DNA of 64,000 nucleotides from an uncultured Eubacteriales bacterium (GCA_964423315.1 CAYREO010000012.1:15534-79533), one strand, 5' to 3'. Shown: positions 29,282 through 40,063, counted from the stretch's first letter. Numbers and translations: made by a program. Notes: generated from the sequence alone by a model not told the origin.

Positions 29282-30028
29282 ATGAAAAGAACCGCCCTCA
29301 CCCTGCTCGCGGCGACGGCCCTCTTCGCGGGCCCGGCCGCCCTTTCGTTCGGCCAGTGGCTCGTCGATCTCGAGAACGGCCTGGCCCTCAGCGGCTATAA
29401 CGACGTCCGCATCCCCGGCGACACGGGAACGCTCTTCTCGCTCTCCCGGGAGCTCAAGACCGACCCCGCTTACTTCGCCCGTCTCCGCCTGGGCTATCAC
29501 TGGAAGTCCCGGCACACTGTCTCCCTTTTCGCCGCGCCGCTCCGCCTCCGGGCCGCGGGCGCCGTCGACCGGCCCATCGTCTTTTTCGAAGAGACGTTCC
29601 CCGCCGGGACGCCCCTCACGGGCACGTACACCTTCAACTCCTACCGCCTGACCTACCGCTACGATCTCGTCCGCGGCAGCACGTGGCGCGTCGGCCTCGG
29701 CCTGACGGCCAAGATCCGCGACGCGGCCATCCGGATCGAGGGCGGCGGCCTGTCCTCCACCAAGACCAACGTCGGCTTCGTGCCCCTTCTCCACTTCCGC
29801 GTCCTGTGGCAATTCCGAGAGGCCTGGGGATTGCTCCTCGAAGGGGACGCCGCCGCGGCCAAGCAGGGACGCGCCGAGGACGTCCTTCTGGCCCTGCAAT
29901 GGAAGCTCATGGACGGTCTGTCCCTGAGATTGGGATACCGGATCCTCGAGGGCGGCGCGAACGTCGACGAGGTCTACAGCTTCTCGCTCATCCACTTCCT
30001 CAGCGCCGGGCTGACGGTTGCTTTTTAG
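29282..30028 (+). CDS. Hypothetical outer-membrane beta-barrel protein
   Basis: Signal peptide, NDVRIPGDTGT, amphipathic strands, terminal Phe. Confidence 0.75.
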   Translation: MKRTALTLLAATALFAGPAALSFGQWLVDLENGLALSGYNDVRIPGDTGTLFSLSRELKTDPAYFARLRLGYHWKSRHTVSLFAAPLRLRAAGAVDRPIVFFEETFPAGTPLTGTYTFNSYRLTYRYDLVRGSTWRVGLGLTAKIRDAAIRIEGGGLSSTKTNVGFVPLLHFRVLWQFREAWGLLLEGDAAAAKQGRAEDVLLALQWKLMDGLSLRLGYRILEGGANVDEVYSFSLIHFLSAGLTVAF

Positions 30029-30116
30029 GCGCGCATGGATTAAAAGAACCTTCGTGGGCCCGTCGAACCGTCGGCCCATTCGTCCATCCACCCCTTCGTA
30101 GGAGGAACGACCGACC

Positions 30117-32312
30117 ATGAAAAAAACCGCCGTCACCGCCGTCCTCGCCGCCGGCCTCGGGCTGCTCCTGCTCTCTGCGACGGCCTGCAAGTCCGAGACC
30201 CCCGCGCCGCCGGCCGCGCCCCTGTCCGAAGCCGCCGCCGCGGCCGCCGCCGAGGGCAACCCGTTCTTCGCTCCCTACGGCACGCCCTTCGACGTCCCGC
30301 CCTTCGACCGCATCAAGAACGAGCACTTCCTTCCGGCCATCGAGGAAGGCATCCGGCGCGAGCAGGCCGAGATCGAGGCCATCGTCGCGAACCGCAAGGC
30401 CCCGACCTTCGAGAACACGATCGCCGCCCTCGACCGCACGGGGATCTTCCTCTCGGAAGTCAACGCCGTCTACGGCGCCCTCCAGGGCGCCCACACGAAC
30501 AAGGAGCTCCAAGCCCTGGCCCGCCAAACAGCGCCCCTGCTGGCCGCCCATCGCGACAACATCGCCCTCAACGAGAAGCTCTTCGCCCGGGTCAAGGCCG
30601 TTTACGACAAGCGCGCCAAGCTCAAGCTCGACCGCGAGGAGCTCTTCCTCCTCGAGAACACCTACCGCGAATTCGTCCGGGCCGGCGCCCTGCTCGGCGA
30701 GGCCGACAAGGCCCGCCTCCGGGACCTCAATCAGGGGCTGTCGCTCGAGAGCGTGAAGTTCGGCGAGAACGTCCTGGGCGAGATCAACGCCTTCCAGCTC
30801 GTCATCGACAGGAGGGCCGACCTCGCCGGACTCCCACCGTCGGTCGTGGCCATGGGCGCCGAGGCCGCCAAGCAGGCCGGGCTTCCGGGCAAGTGGCTGT
30901 TCACCATCCACGTCCCGAGCATGACCCCCTTCCTGACCTATTCCGAACGGCGCGACCTCCGCGAGAAGCTCCACCGGGCCTACTTCATGAAGGGAGACAA
31001 CGACAACGAGCGCGACAACAAGGAGATCGCCAAGAGGATCGCCGACCTGCGCCGCCAGCGGGCCGTGATCCTCGGCTACCCGAACCATGCGGCCTTCGTC
31101 CTCGAGACCAACATGGCCAAGACGCCCGAGCGGGTCGACGCCTTCCTGCGGCAGCTCTGGGAGCCGACCGCCGTCAAGGCCCGCGAGGAGGCCGCCGCCC
31201 TCCAGGCCCTCATCGACCGCGGGCGCGGAAGGTTCGAGCTCGCGTCCTGGGACTGGTGGTATTACACCGAGAAGCTCCGCCAGGAGAAGTACGCCCTCGA
31301 CGACTCCGCCCTGCGGCCCTACTTCAAGCTCGACAACGTCCGCGAGGGGATCTTCGCCCTGTGCGGGAAGCTCTACGGGCTGAGGTTCATCGAGCGGCCG
31401 GAGCTGCCGCGCTACCATCCCGAGGTCCAGGTCTATGAGGTCCAGGAGGCCGACGGTTCGCACACCGGCATCCTCTACATGGATTTCCATCCGCGGCCGA
31501 GCAAGCGCGCCGGAGCCTGGTCGGGGGGCTTCCGGAGGGCTTGGTACGACAAGGGCGTGCGCGTGCCGCCCGTCGCGACCATCGTCTGTAATTTCACGGC
31601 GCCGACGGCCGACGCCCCGTCGCTGCTTTCGACCGACGAGGTCGAGACCTTCTTCCATGAATTCGGCCACGCCCTGGCGACCCTTTTCTCACAGGGCCGC
31701 TACCGCAGCCGCTCCGTGGCCCGCGATTCCGTGGAGCTGCCGTCGCAAATCATGGAGCACTGGGCCTTCGAGCCGGAGCTGCTGGCCCTGTACGCCAAAC
31801 ACTACGTGACGGGCGAGGTCATTCCCGCCGAGCTCGTCGACAAGCTCGAGCGGAGCAGCCTCTTCAACCAGGGTTTCATCACCGCGGAATACCTCGCGGC
31901 CTCGATCCTCGACATGGCCTGGCACACCCTGCCGAACCCGTCGGAGATCGATGTCCGGCAGTTCGAGAAGGACCTGCTGGACGGGATCGGCCTCATCCCG
32001 GCCATCCAGCCGCGATATCGATCGACGTACTTCAACCACATCTTCAGCGGCGGGTACTCAGCCGGCTACTACGCCTACATCTGGTCGGAAGTGCTGGATT
32101 GCGACGCCTACGAGGCCTTCAAGGAGAAAGGCATCTTCGACCGGGCCACGGCCGAGTCGTTCCGCAAGAATGTCCTCGAGCCCTTCGGCACCGAGGACCC
32201 CATGACCCAGTACGTTCGCTTCCGCGGCGCCGAGCCCAAGATCGACGGCCTGCTCCGCAAGCGCGGTCTTGGGGTCAAGCGCGGTCTTGGGGTCGGACCA
32301 ACAAATAATTAA
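30117..32312 (+). CDS. dcp: M3-family peptidase (Dcp-like), lipoprotein; C-terminus reads into a type B repeat
   Basis: NPFFAPYGTPFDVPPF, SWDWWYY, HEFGH, DSVELPSQIMEHW, GYSAGYYAYIWSE. Confidence 0.93.
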   Translation: MKKTAVTAVLAAGLGLLLLSATACKSETPAPPAAPLSEAAAAAAAEGNPFFAPYGTPFDVPPFDRIKNEHFLPAIEEGIRREQAEIEAIVANRKAPTFENTIAALDRTGIFLSEVNAVYGALQGAHTNKELQALARQTAPLLAAHRDNIALNEKLFARVKAVYDKRAKLKLDREELFLLENTYREFVRAGALLGEADKARLRDLNQGLSLESVKFGENVLGEINAFQLVIDRRADLAGLPPSVVAMGAEAAKQAGLPGKWLFTIHVPSMTPFLTYSERRDLREKLHRAYFMKGDNDNERDNKEIAKRIADLRRQRAVILGYPNHAAFVLETNMAKTPERVDAFLRQLWEPTAVKAREEAAALQALIDRGRGRFELASWDWWYYTEKLRQEKYALDDSALRPYFKLDNVREGIFALCGKLYGLRFIERPELPRYHPEVQVYEVQEADGSHTGILYMDFHPRPSKRAGAWSGGFRRAWYDKGVRVPPVATIVCNFTAPTADAPSLLSTDEVETFFHEFGHALATLFSQGRYRSRSVARDSVELPSQIMEHWAFEPELLALYAKHYVTGEVIPAELVDKLERSSLFNQGFITAEYLAASILDMAWHTLPNPSEIDVRQFEKDLLDGIGLIPAIQPRYRSTYFNHIFSGGYSAGYYAYIWSEVLDCDAYEAFKEKGIFDRATAESFRKNVLEPFGTEDPMTQYVRFRGAEPKIDGLLRKRGLGVKRGLGVGPTNN

Positions 32313-32406
32313 TGTTTTCAATAAGATAAATGCCATTTCGGGCCGTCCTCAAACTGTACGCGGCACAATTTTGGCCCAAAAAACGAAGAGGTCGGGTCCC
32401 GTGTCT
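32289..32406 (-). repeat. Type B element (reverse orientation; far end approximate)
   Basis: GGGGTCGGACCA at 32289-32300; TTGA on the minus strand exactly 21 nt from TGGTCC. Confidence 0.85.
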
Positions 32407-32418
32407 GGAGTCCGAAAC

Positions 32419-35316
32419 ATGAAAAAGCCGCTCGCCTCCATCGCCTTCCTGGCCTGTATCTCCGCCCTCATCCTGATGACCCTGACGGTCTCAGGCTCTA
32501 CGCCCCGCACGCATCTTTCGCTTTCCGCGCAAAACCAAGCCCAAGCCCCGCCCCAAACGCTGTCCGACCCCCCCGCCCTCGACCCCTACGCCCCCGACAT
32601 CCCCGAACCCGGCTCGGTCGAGGCCATCGCCAAGTTCACGACCGAACCGCGCTTCGCCAGCCCCTGGGTCGCCTACGTTCCTGCCTCCGACACCGTCGTC
32701 TCGCCGACCCGCTACCTCGGCCGCATCGTCGGCGCCGCCGGCGAGCTGTCGTCGGTCTCCCAGATCTACGGCTATTTCCGCAAGCTCGCCGAGACCTCCC
32801 CGCGCGTCCGCGTCGAGACCATCGGACGCACCGAGGAAGGCCGCGACATCCTCCTCGCCGTCATCTCCGACGAGGCCGGCCTCCGCGACCTCGACCGCCT
32901 GAAAGCCGCCACCGCCGCCCTCGCTGACCCTCGCCGCACATCCCCCGAGGCCGCCGAGGCCCTCATCGCCGCCTCCCGTCCCATCTACTTCTTCAACGCC
33001 GGCCTCCACTCGCCCGAGCTCGGCAGCCCCGAGATGGTCATGGAGCTCGCCTACCGCCTGGCCGTCTCCGAGCAGCCCATGATCCGCCGCATCCGCAGCC
33101 GCCTCGTCATTCTCATCAACCCCGTCTCCGAGCCGGACGGCCGCGACAAGCAGGTCGAGTGGTTCTATCGCCACCTCAAGGGCAAGACCGACTACGATAA
33201 CCTGCCGCCCACCTCGCCCCCCTACTGGGGCCACTACGTCTTCCACGATAACAACCGCGACACCCACCAGTCCGCGCTCGCTCTCTCCAAGGCCGTCAGC
33301 CGGATGTTCTTCGACTACCACCCGACCGTCTTCCACGACCTCCACGAGTCCATCCCCCTCCTCCAGACCTGGAACGGCACGGGTCCCTTCAACGTCCACC
33401 TCGACCCCATCCTCATCAACGAGTTCTTCGCCATGGCCTTCGCCGAGGTCGGCGCCCTGACCTCGCTCGGCATGCCCGGCGTCTGGACCTGGGGCTTCGG
33501 CGAGGGCTGGGGCCACCATTATCTCGACTCGATTGCCGTCAACCACAACAGCATGGGCCGCGGATACGAAACCTTCGGCAACGGCACGGCCGAGACCGTC
33601 GAGCGCATCCTCCGCCCGAACGAGGAGCGCTACGTCAACCGCCCCGTGACCAGCCGCGAATGGTACCGCCCGCTCCCCCCGCCCCGCAAGTTCCTCTGGT
33701 CGCTGCGCAATAACATCAACTACCAGCAGTCCGGCTGCTTGGCCATCCTCGACTACGCCGCCAAGAACGCCGACGGGATGCTCCGCGACTTCTACCGCAA
33801 GGGCTTCAACTCGTGGCAGAAGGGCGTGCGGGGCGGCCCCCACGCCTTCGCCATCCCCGCCGACCAGGGCGACCGCCGCCGCGTCGCCGAGATGATCGAG
33901 CTCCTCCTCGCCCAGCGCATCGAGGTCGGTCGTGCGCAGGACGCCTTCAAGGTCGATGAGGGCGAGTTCGCCGCCGGCACTTACGTCGTGCGCCTCGACC
34001 AGCCCTACCGCAACTACGCCGTCGACCTCCTCCTGCCCCAGATGTTCCCCCCCGACGCCGCCTACGAACCCTACGACGACGTCTCCTGGTCGCTCCCCGT
34101 CCACTTCGGCGTCGAGGCCAGGCGCATCGACGACGCCGCGGTCAAGGACGTCGGCCTCGAGCCCCTCGCCGCCGGCTTCTTGTCCACCCTTCCCGGCCGG
34201 GTCGAGGGCGCGGGCCCGGTCTTCCTGATGAAGGACACCGGCCAGGAGGCCCTCCTCGCTCTCCGACACCGCCTGGCGGGCTTCCGGGTCGAGATCGCCG
34301 AGAAGGCCTTCAGATCCGGCGAGACCGACTATCCCGCGGGCTCATGGGTCCTGCCGCCGCAGAAGGGGCTCGCCGATTCCTTGGCCCGCGCCGCCGCCGA
34401 GCTCGCCGTGGACTTCGCGAGCGCCCCGTCCGCGCCCGACGTTCCCCGCCACGAATCGAGGCTGCCGCGCCTCGCCGTCTGGCACACGTGGGCCGACACC
34501 GAGGCCGTCGGCTGGGTGCGGCTCGTCCTCGACCGCCAGAAGATCCCTTACGCCTACATCCGTGACGACGATATCCGGGCCGGGCGCCTGAACGACAAGT
34601 ACGACGTCATCCTTTTCGCCCACACCTATCTCGGCCTCCAGGACCAGATCCACGGCCTCGACCGGAAATTCGGGCCGATGGCCTACACGAGGACCAAGGA
34701 ATACCCGAGCCACGGCGTCCCGACCGCATCCGAGGACATCACCGGCGGGATCGGCTGGGCGGGGATGGCCAACCTCGAGCGGTTCCTCGCCGCCGGCGGG
34801 ACCCTCATCACCCTCGGCAACGGCTCGGCGCTCGCCCTCGACGGCGGGCTCGTCCGCGACGTGCGGCGCAAGTCGGGGGCCTTCTTCACGCCGGGCTCGG
34901 AGCTGCGCGTGAAATTCGTCCGGCCCGATCACCCGCTGGCCTACGGGCTGCCCGGGACGGGCTCGGTCTTCCGGACTTCGATGCCGGTCTACGACGTCCC
35001 CGTCGCGGCGCGCGGCGCGGTCGTCCTTCAGTGGGGGACCAAGCTCCGCAAGGAGGACCGCGAGGACGAAAGCCCCGAGGCGCTCGCGGCGCTGACCAGG
35101 GCGGAGCGGGAGGCACGGGAGAAAGCCGCGAAGGACGAGCCGAAGATGCTCGTCAGCGGCGCCGTCAAGGGCGACGACGACCTCGAGGGCCGCCCGGCCA
35201 TCCTCGATCTCGCGGTCGGCAAGGGCCGGGTCATCGCCTTCAACTTCAATCCCGTCCACCGCGACCTGAACCGCTCGGACCACCGCCTGCTCTGGAACGC
35301 CCTCCTGAATTGGTAA
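32419..35316 (+). CDS. Exported M14-family zinc carboxypeptidase with C-terminal GATase-like domain
   Basis: ATG 32419; AGLHSPE, NPDG-like EPDG, DNNRD, FHDLHE. Confidence 0.9.
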   Translation: MKKPLASIAFLACISALILMTLTVSGSTPRTHLSLSAQNQAQAPPQTLSDPPALDPYAPDIPEPGSVEAIAKFTTEPRFASPWVAYVPASDTVVSPTRYLGRIVGAAGELSSVSQIYGYFRKLAETSPRVRVETIGRTEEGRDILLAVISDEAGLRDLDRLKAATAALADPRRTSPEAAEALIAASRPIYFFNAGLHSPELGSPEMVMELAYRLAVSEQPMIRRIRSRLVILINPVSEPDGRDKQVEWFYRHLKGKTDYDNLPPTSPPYWGHYVFHDNNRDTHQSALALSKAVSRMFFDYHPTVFHDLHESIPLLQTWNGTGPFNVHLDPILINEFFAMAFAEVGALTSLGMPGVWTWGFGEGWGHHYLDSIAVNHNSMGRGYETFGNGTAETVERILRPNEERYVNRPVTSREWYRPLPPPRKFLWSLRNNINYQQSGCLAILDYAAKNADGMLRDFYRKGFNSWQKGVRGGPHAFAIPADQGDRRRVAEMIELLLAQRIEVGRAQDAFKVDEGEFAAGTYVVRLDQPYRNYAVDLLLPQMFPPDAAYEPYDDVSWSLPVHFGVEARRIDDAAVKDVGLEPLAAGFLSTLPGRVEGAGPVFLMKDTGQEALLALRHRLAGFRVEIAEKAFRSGETDYPAGSWVLPPQKGLADSLARAAAELAVDFASAPSAPDVPRHESRLPRLAVWHTWADTEAVGWVRLVLDRQKIPYAYIRDDDIRAGRLNDKYDVILFAHTYLGLQDQIHGLDRKFGPMAYTRTKEYPSHGVPTASEDITGGIGWAGMANLERFLAAGGTLITLGNGSALALDGGLVRDVRRKSGAFFTPGSELRVKFVRPDHPLAYGLPGTGSVFRTSMPVYDVPVAARGAVVLQWGTKLRKEDREDESPEALAALTRAEREAREKAAKDEPKMLVSGAVKGDDDLEGRPAILDLAVGKGRVIAFNFNPVHRDLNRSDHRLLWNALLNW

Positions 35317-35327
35317 AGAATGAAGAG

Positions 35328-35410
35328 GGGGTCAAATCTCCAATCATTAAATTTCATGCCGGCGAAACGATCGCGGAGCGTGAAAATTTAATGATTGGAG
35401 ATTTGACCCC
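35328..35410. repeat. Type A hairpin element, copy 3 (different spacer) between convergent genes
   Basis: GGGGTCAAATCTCCAATCATTAAATTT ... AAATTTAATGATTGGAGATTTGACCCC. Confidence 0.95.
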
Positions 35411-35416
35411 TTCTTT

Positions 35417-36826
35417 TTAGGAGCCGCCGAGCTTGACGTGGCTCACGAGGACCGTCGGCGAGCCCACGGTCTGGAACCAGGTCAGGTCGCTCCCGACCTT
35501 GTCCACGGCCCTCAGCAGCTCGAAGAGATTGCCGCCGATGGTCACACCCCGCACCGGGAACGTCTTCCGGCCCTTCTCGATCATGAACCCGGCCGCCGGG
35601 ATCGAAAAATCCCCCGACGCCGTGTCGATGGCCGCGTGCAGGCCGAGCACCACCGTGATGTAAAAGCCGCGGTCGACGCCGGCGATGATCTCCTCCGGCC
35701 CGACATCTCCAGGCTGGAGGTAGAGGTTCGTCGTCCCGACGCCCCCCGCCGACCCGTATCCGCTCCGCGACCGGTTGCCCGTGGACCGGGCCCCGCCCTT
35801 CCGCGCTGTGTAGCAGTCGTACAGGTAGGTCTTCAGCACGCCGTCCACGATGAGCGGCGTCGTCTGGGTCGCCACCCCCTCGCCGTCGACCGGGGCCGTG
35901 GCCATCCCGCCCTTGCGCCGTCCGTCGTCGACGAGCGTGAAGCCCTTGGCCGCGACCTCGCTCCCGATCTTGTCGGCGAACAGCGACCGGCCTTTCTGGA
36001 CATCGTCGGCCGACAGCATCCCGGCGACGAACGACCACAGCTCGGTCCCGATCTCGGGCGACACGACGAGCGGCACCTCCGCCGACGGCACCGGCTTCGC
36101 CCCGAGCATGCTCAGGGCGTTCTCGGCCGCTTTCCGCCCGACCTTCTCCGGGTCGAATTCCTCCCAGCGGACCGCGCCCTGGACGAAGCTGCCCGACTCG
36201 CGCGCCTCGCCGTCGACGGCCGTGAATTCCGCGCCCCCGCCGCACCCCGACTGCCTGTGCCACCCGCTCAGTCCTTTCGAATTGGCGAGATAGGTGAAGG
36301 ACGCCGCATCCTGGTAGATGGCCATCATCGAGCCGGCGATCTTCGGGCTCGCGTCGAGCCCGGCCGCCTCCATCCGCAGGGCCCTGGCGACCTTGTCCTG
36401 CACCGGCGTTTCGGCCACGCGCGGATCGTAATTGGCCAGCTCCGCCGCCCCCGCATAGCCCGCCGCGCCGATGCCGCCACCGACCGCGCCGTCCTCCACC
36501 CCCGGAATCACGTGGAACTCGTCGGCGGTGTGATAGACGGCCTTCTTGACTAGCCCCTCCACGAGGTCCTTCACCGCGCCCTTCGACAGGTCGTTGGTCG
36601 ATCCGAAGGCCATCTTTCCGTCCCTCAGGACCCGCACGCCGATGCCGGCCTCCTTGACCGCGCTCATCTGCTCGACGGCCCGGCCGCTGACGTTGACCTG
36701 GATGGATTCGGTGTCGACGACGCAGGCCTCGGCCTCGACCGCCCCCTCGCCCTTGGCCGCGGCCGACCTCTTGGCCCGTTCGACCGCGTAGGCCGCGATT
36801 TCCAGATAGCTCTTCTTGAAATTCAT
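35417..36826 (-). CDS. pmbA: PmbA/TldE-family protein
   Basis: ATG 36826 overlaps tldD stop; GIGVRVLRDG, DGEGVATQ, GVLKTYLYD, DTASGDFS, TIGGNLFELL. Confidence 0.9.
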   Translation of the reverse strand: MNFKKSYLEIAAYAVERAKRSAAAKGEGAVEAEACVVDTESIQVNVSGRAVEQMSAVKEAGIGVRVLRDGKMAFGSTNDLSKGAVKDLVEGLVKKAVYHTADEFHVIPGVEDGAVGGGIGAAGYAGAAELANYDPRVAETPVQDKVARALRMEAAGLDASPKIAGSMMAIYQDAASFTYLANSKGLSGWHRQSGCGGGAEFTAVDGEARESGSFVQGAVRWEEFDPEKVGRKAAENALSMLGAKPVPSAEVPLVVSPEIGTELWSFVAGMLSADDVQKGRSLFADKIGSEVAAKGFTLVDDGRRKGGMATAPVDGEGVATQTTPLIVDGVLKTYLYDCYTARKGGARSTGNRSRSGYGSAGGVGTTNLYLQPGDVGPEEIIAGVDRGFYITVVLGLHAAIDTASGDFSIPAAGFMIEKGRKTFPVRGVTIGGNLFELLRAVDKVGSDLTWFQTVGSPTVLVSHVKLGGS

Positions 36827-38412
36827 CTCCGGCCTCCCTTCGCGCCCTCGATGTCCGTCCAGGCCTCGCCCCGGCCGCCGACGAGGATGCCGCGCACCCG
36901 GATGGTCGGCATCCCGAAGCCGACCGGCGCCGACTGCATCTTGCCGCACCGGCCCGCGCTCGGGAACATCGCCAAGTCGTCGCCGACCATGTCGATGGAC
37001 TTCATGGCCTCGATGCCCATGCCCGAGACCGTCGCTCCCTTGATGGGCCGCGTGATCTTGCCGTTCTCGATGAGGTAGCCCTCGCCGACGCCCATCATGA
37101 AGTTGCCGGTGATGACGTCGACCTGCCCTCCGCCGCTGACGTCGGCGACGTAGATGCCGCGCTTGGTGGCGGCCACGATGTCGGCCGCCGGCGCGTCGCC
37201 CTTCTCGATGAACGTATTCCGCATCCGGGGGATGGGCGGATAGCGGAACGACTGGCGGCGTCCGTTGCCGGTCGACCGCAGGCCCAGCTTCGCGCCCCAG
37301 ATCTTGTCGCACATGTAGTTGCGCTGAATGCCGTCCTCGACGAGGACCGTCCGCTCCGCCGCCACGGCCTCGTCGTCGAAGGCGAACGAGCCGGGGAACT
37401 GGGGGATGGTCCCGTCGTCGACGAGCGTCACCCCTTTCGCCGCTGTCGGCTTCCCGATCTGGTCTTTGTAATTCGAGCCCTTGAACACGAGGTCGGCCTC
37501 CATGCCGTGGCCGCACGACTCGTGGAACAGGACCCCGTTCATGCCCGGTCCGAGGACGACCGGGAAGACCCCGCGCGGCGAATCGACGGCCTCGAGGAGC
37601 TTGAGGGCCTTGGCCGCGGCGGCGTCGACGACCTTCTCGAAGGCGTTGTCGCCGGTGAAGAAATCGCGGCCGGCGTAGGCCCCGCGCTGGTCCCAGGCGG
37701 CCTGGAGCTGGCCGTCGGCGCCCCGGACATAGGTCTGGGCGATGAATTCCGTAAGGCCCAGCGTCTGGCGGGCGATCGCGCCGTCGGAGGTCGCGATGTT
37801 GACCTGGCGGATGATCTCGCGCAGGAACTGCAGCGCCTGGACGACGCGCGGGTCGGCCGACCAGGCCCGGTCCATGAGGGCCTTGAAGAGCTCGATCTTC
37901 TCCTCGACCCCGATCTCGGACGGCAGCGGCCGGATGGGGAACGAGAGGGGAGACGTGAGCGGGGCCAGCGCGACGAGCGGCGGCGCGGTGGAGGCGGCCG
38001 GGGCCGCGGCGGCGTCGGCCACGTAGCGGGCCGTCTCGTAGATGCGCTCGGGCTCGAAGCTGTCGGTGTAGGCGTAGAACGTGCGGCCGTCCTTGACGGC
38101 CCGGAGGCCGACGCCCTTCTCGATGGTCGTCGTCGTGTTGATCTTGCGGTCGTCGCTCATGACCGAGTCGAAGGCGGCCCGCTCGACGTAGACGTCGCCG
38201 AAGTCGGCCCCCCGCGACATCAAGTGCGAAACGGCCCGGGCCAGGATGTCGTCGGGCAGGATGATGTCGGACGCCGCGGCCCCGCCCGGTCCTGTCTTGC
38301 AGCCCGTCGAAACGAGCAGCGCCTCGAGCAAGGCCGAGGAAAAGGCGACCGAGGCCAGGCCCGCCGAGCCGCGCCCGATGAACGCCCGCCGGGACATGGT
38401 TTTTTGGGACAT
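36823..38412 (-). CDS. tldD: TldD-family metalloprotease with twin-arginine signal
   Basis: SRRAFI at N-terminus; HESCGHGMEAD, GNGRRQSF..PPIPRMRNT, GGQVD. Confidence 0.92.
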   Translation of the reverse strand: MSQKTMSRRAFIGRGSAGLASVAFSSALLEALLVSTGCKTGPGGAAASDIILPDDILARAVSHLMSRGADFGDVYVERAAFDSVMSDDRKINTTTTIEKGVGLRAVKDGRTFYAYTDSFEPERIYETARYVADAAAAPAASTAPPLVALAPLTSPLSFPIRPLPSEIGVEEKIELFKALMDRAWSADPRVVQALQFLREIIRQVNIATSDGAIARQTLGLTEFIAQTYVRGADGQLQAAWDQRGAYAGRDFFTGDNAFEKVVDAAAAKALKLLEAVDSPRGVFPVVLGPGMNGVLFHESCGHGMEADLVFKGSNYKDQIGKPTAAKGVTLVDDGTIPQFPGSFAFDDEAVAAERTVLVEDGIQRNYMCDKIWGAKLGLRSTGNGRRQSFRYPPIPRMRNTFIEKGDAPAADIVAATKRGIYVADVSGGGQVDVITGNFMMGVGEGYLIENGKITRPIKGATVSGMGIEAMKSIDMVGDDLAMFPSAGRCGKMQSAPVGFGMPTIRVRGILVGGRGEAWTDIEGAKGGRR

Positions 38413-38555
38413 GAACAGCCTCCTCCCTGGAGTGGGATACCAGGATGATTATACGCCGATCGGAGCCGATTGGTTCACTTTGCTCCCTGGCTGTTGTAAT
38501 ATAAAGATAACAAATAAAATGACGCAAGAAAAACGGGCCGGGGGAAGCGGAGTTA

Positions 38556-38590
38556 GCGATAATTGACTTTTATCGCGGGGCTGTGATATT
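38556..38590 (+). promoter_or_regulatory. Sigma70-like promoter (TTGACT -35) enclosed by palindrome GCGATAA-N7-TTATCGC
   Basis: Arms at 38556-38562 and 38570-38576; GATATT -10-like box at 38585-38590. Confidence 0.55.
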
Positions 38591-38617
38591 CCAACGGAAG
38601 GACGGGGAGCGATACGC

Positions 38618-40063
38618 ATGTTCTGCAACGAATGTGGGGCCAAACTTCCGGTAGGCGCCCGGTTCTGCGGCCAATGCGGGCACGGGGTCGTCCCCGTCGC
38701 CGCGCGCGCTCATGTCGCCGCCCCCTCGGCCCCGAAATCCCCGCCCGGCTCTTCTGCCGGCCCCGGGCCCGCCATCCCCTCCGTTCCCGGCGTTTCTCCC
38801 GGCCCGGCGCCTCTCGATGCCGCGGCCGCCTCAGGCATCTCTGCTGCCACCTCGACCGTGACCTCTTCCTCCCTCCGCCCCGGCGGCAACGGCGGCTCCT
38901 GGCTCGACCCCCGCGAGTTCGAGCATCCCTCCATGCAGAAGATGAACCAGATGCTCCGCAATTCCCTCGTTCTCAGGAAGTCGGCCGAGAGCCTGTCGCG
39001 CAAGATCGGCAAGCCCTGGTACGAATCGACCTTCAACAGCATCCCGGCCAGCGAGACGCAGTACGCCCGCATCCACGAGCTCGGCCGCATCGCCGCGAAG
39101 CGCCTGGGGGCCGCCGGCCTGCCCTCGATCTACGTCGAGCTCGACCGCGGCTACCAAACGGCCACCTACGGCTCCGACACGGACGCTTTCGTCAACATCG
39201 GCTCCTTCCTGCCCCGGTTCTTCAACGACCGGGAGCTGCTGTTCATCATCGCCCATGAGATCGGCCACCTCGTCAGCCAGCACGCCATGTGGACCACGGT
39301 CAGCATGTTCCTCGTCGGCCAGCAGCGCCAGAACATCATGTCCGAGGGCGTCATGGGCTTCCTCTCCAACCCGCTCAAGGTCCTCGAGAGCGGCGTCGAG
39401 ACGGCCATCACGAACTGGATGCGGATCGCCGACTTCACGGCCGACCGGGCCGCCCTGCTGGCCTCGGGAGGATTCGACGACGCCAAGCGGGCCCTCGTCC
39501 TGCTCCACCTCAAGAACCGCCGCGAGCTCGACGAGATGGACATCGACGCCTGGATCGAGAGCATGAAGCCGGAGGACATGGCCATGACCAAGGTCAGCCA
39601 GATGCTGACCTCGGCCACTCCCTACCTGCGTGTCCGGCTCATCGAGCTCAGGAATTTTGTCCGGACGCCCCAATACGAATCCCTGCGGCGCAAGGTCGAG
39701 ACCGAAAGCGGGCTCGCCCTCGAAGGCCTGTTCGACGACAAGGGCAACCTGAAGAAGTTCGCGCCGAAGGCCCCGGCCGCTCCGCCGCCTGCGGCATCGC
39801 CCGGCGCGGCCGCCGCGCCCCGCCCCGGTCCGCGTCCGGCCGCGTCCGGACCCGGCCCCGGTGCGCCTCCGCGCCGCAATCCGGCCGCCGCCTCTCCCGG
39901 CGCCTCGCCCGCGCCCAAGGTCAAGATGCTCAGCGGGAACTGCCCGAAGTGCCGGGCCCGGTTCGTCTTCCGCCTCGTCGCCTTGCCCGACAAGCCTCAC
40001 GTCGACATCCCCTGCAAAGGCTGCGGCCGGACGTTCCGGCTGAGGCTCGACGCCGCGAAATAG
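38618..40063 (+). CDS. M48-family metallopeptidase with N- and C-terminal zinc ribbons
   Basis: CNECG..FCGQCG; HEIGH; ADFTADRAAL; Pro/Ala linkers; CPKC..CKGC. Confidence 0.85.
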   Translation: MFCNECGAKLPVGARFCGQCGHGVVPVAARAHVAAPSAPKSPPGSSAGPGPAIPSVPGVSPGPAPLDAAAASGISAATSTVTSSSLRPGGNGGSWLDPREFEHPSMQKMNQMLRNSLVLRKSAESLSRKIGKPWYESTFNSIPASETQYARIHELGRIAAKRLGAAGLPSIYVELDRGYQTATYGSDTDAFVNIGSFLPRFFNDRELLFIIAHEIGHLVSQHAMWTTVSMFLVGQQRQNIMSEGVMGFLSNPLKVLESGVETAITNWMRIADFTADRAALLASGGFDDAKRALVLLHLKNRRELDEMDIDAWIESMKPEDMAMTKVSQMLTSATPYLRVRLIELRNFVRTPQYESLRRKVETESGLALEGLFDDKGNLKKFAPKAPAAPPPAASPGAAAAPRPGPRPAASGPGPGAPPRRNPAAASPGASPAPKVKMLSGNCPKCRARFVFRLVALPDKPHVDIPCKGCGRTFRLRLDAAK

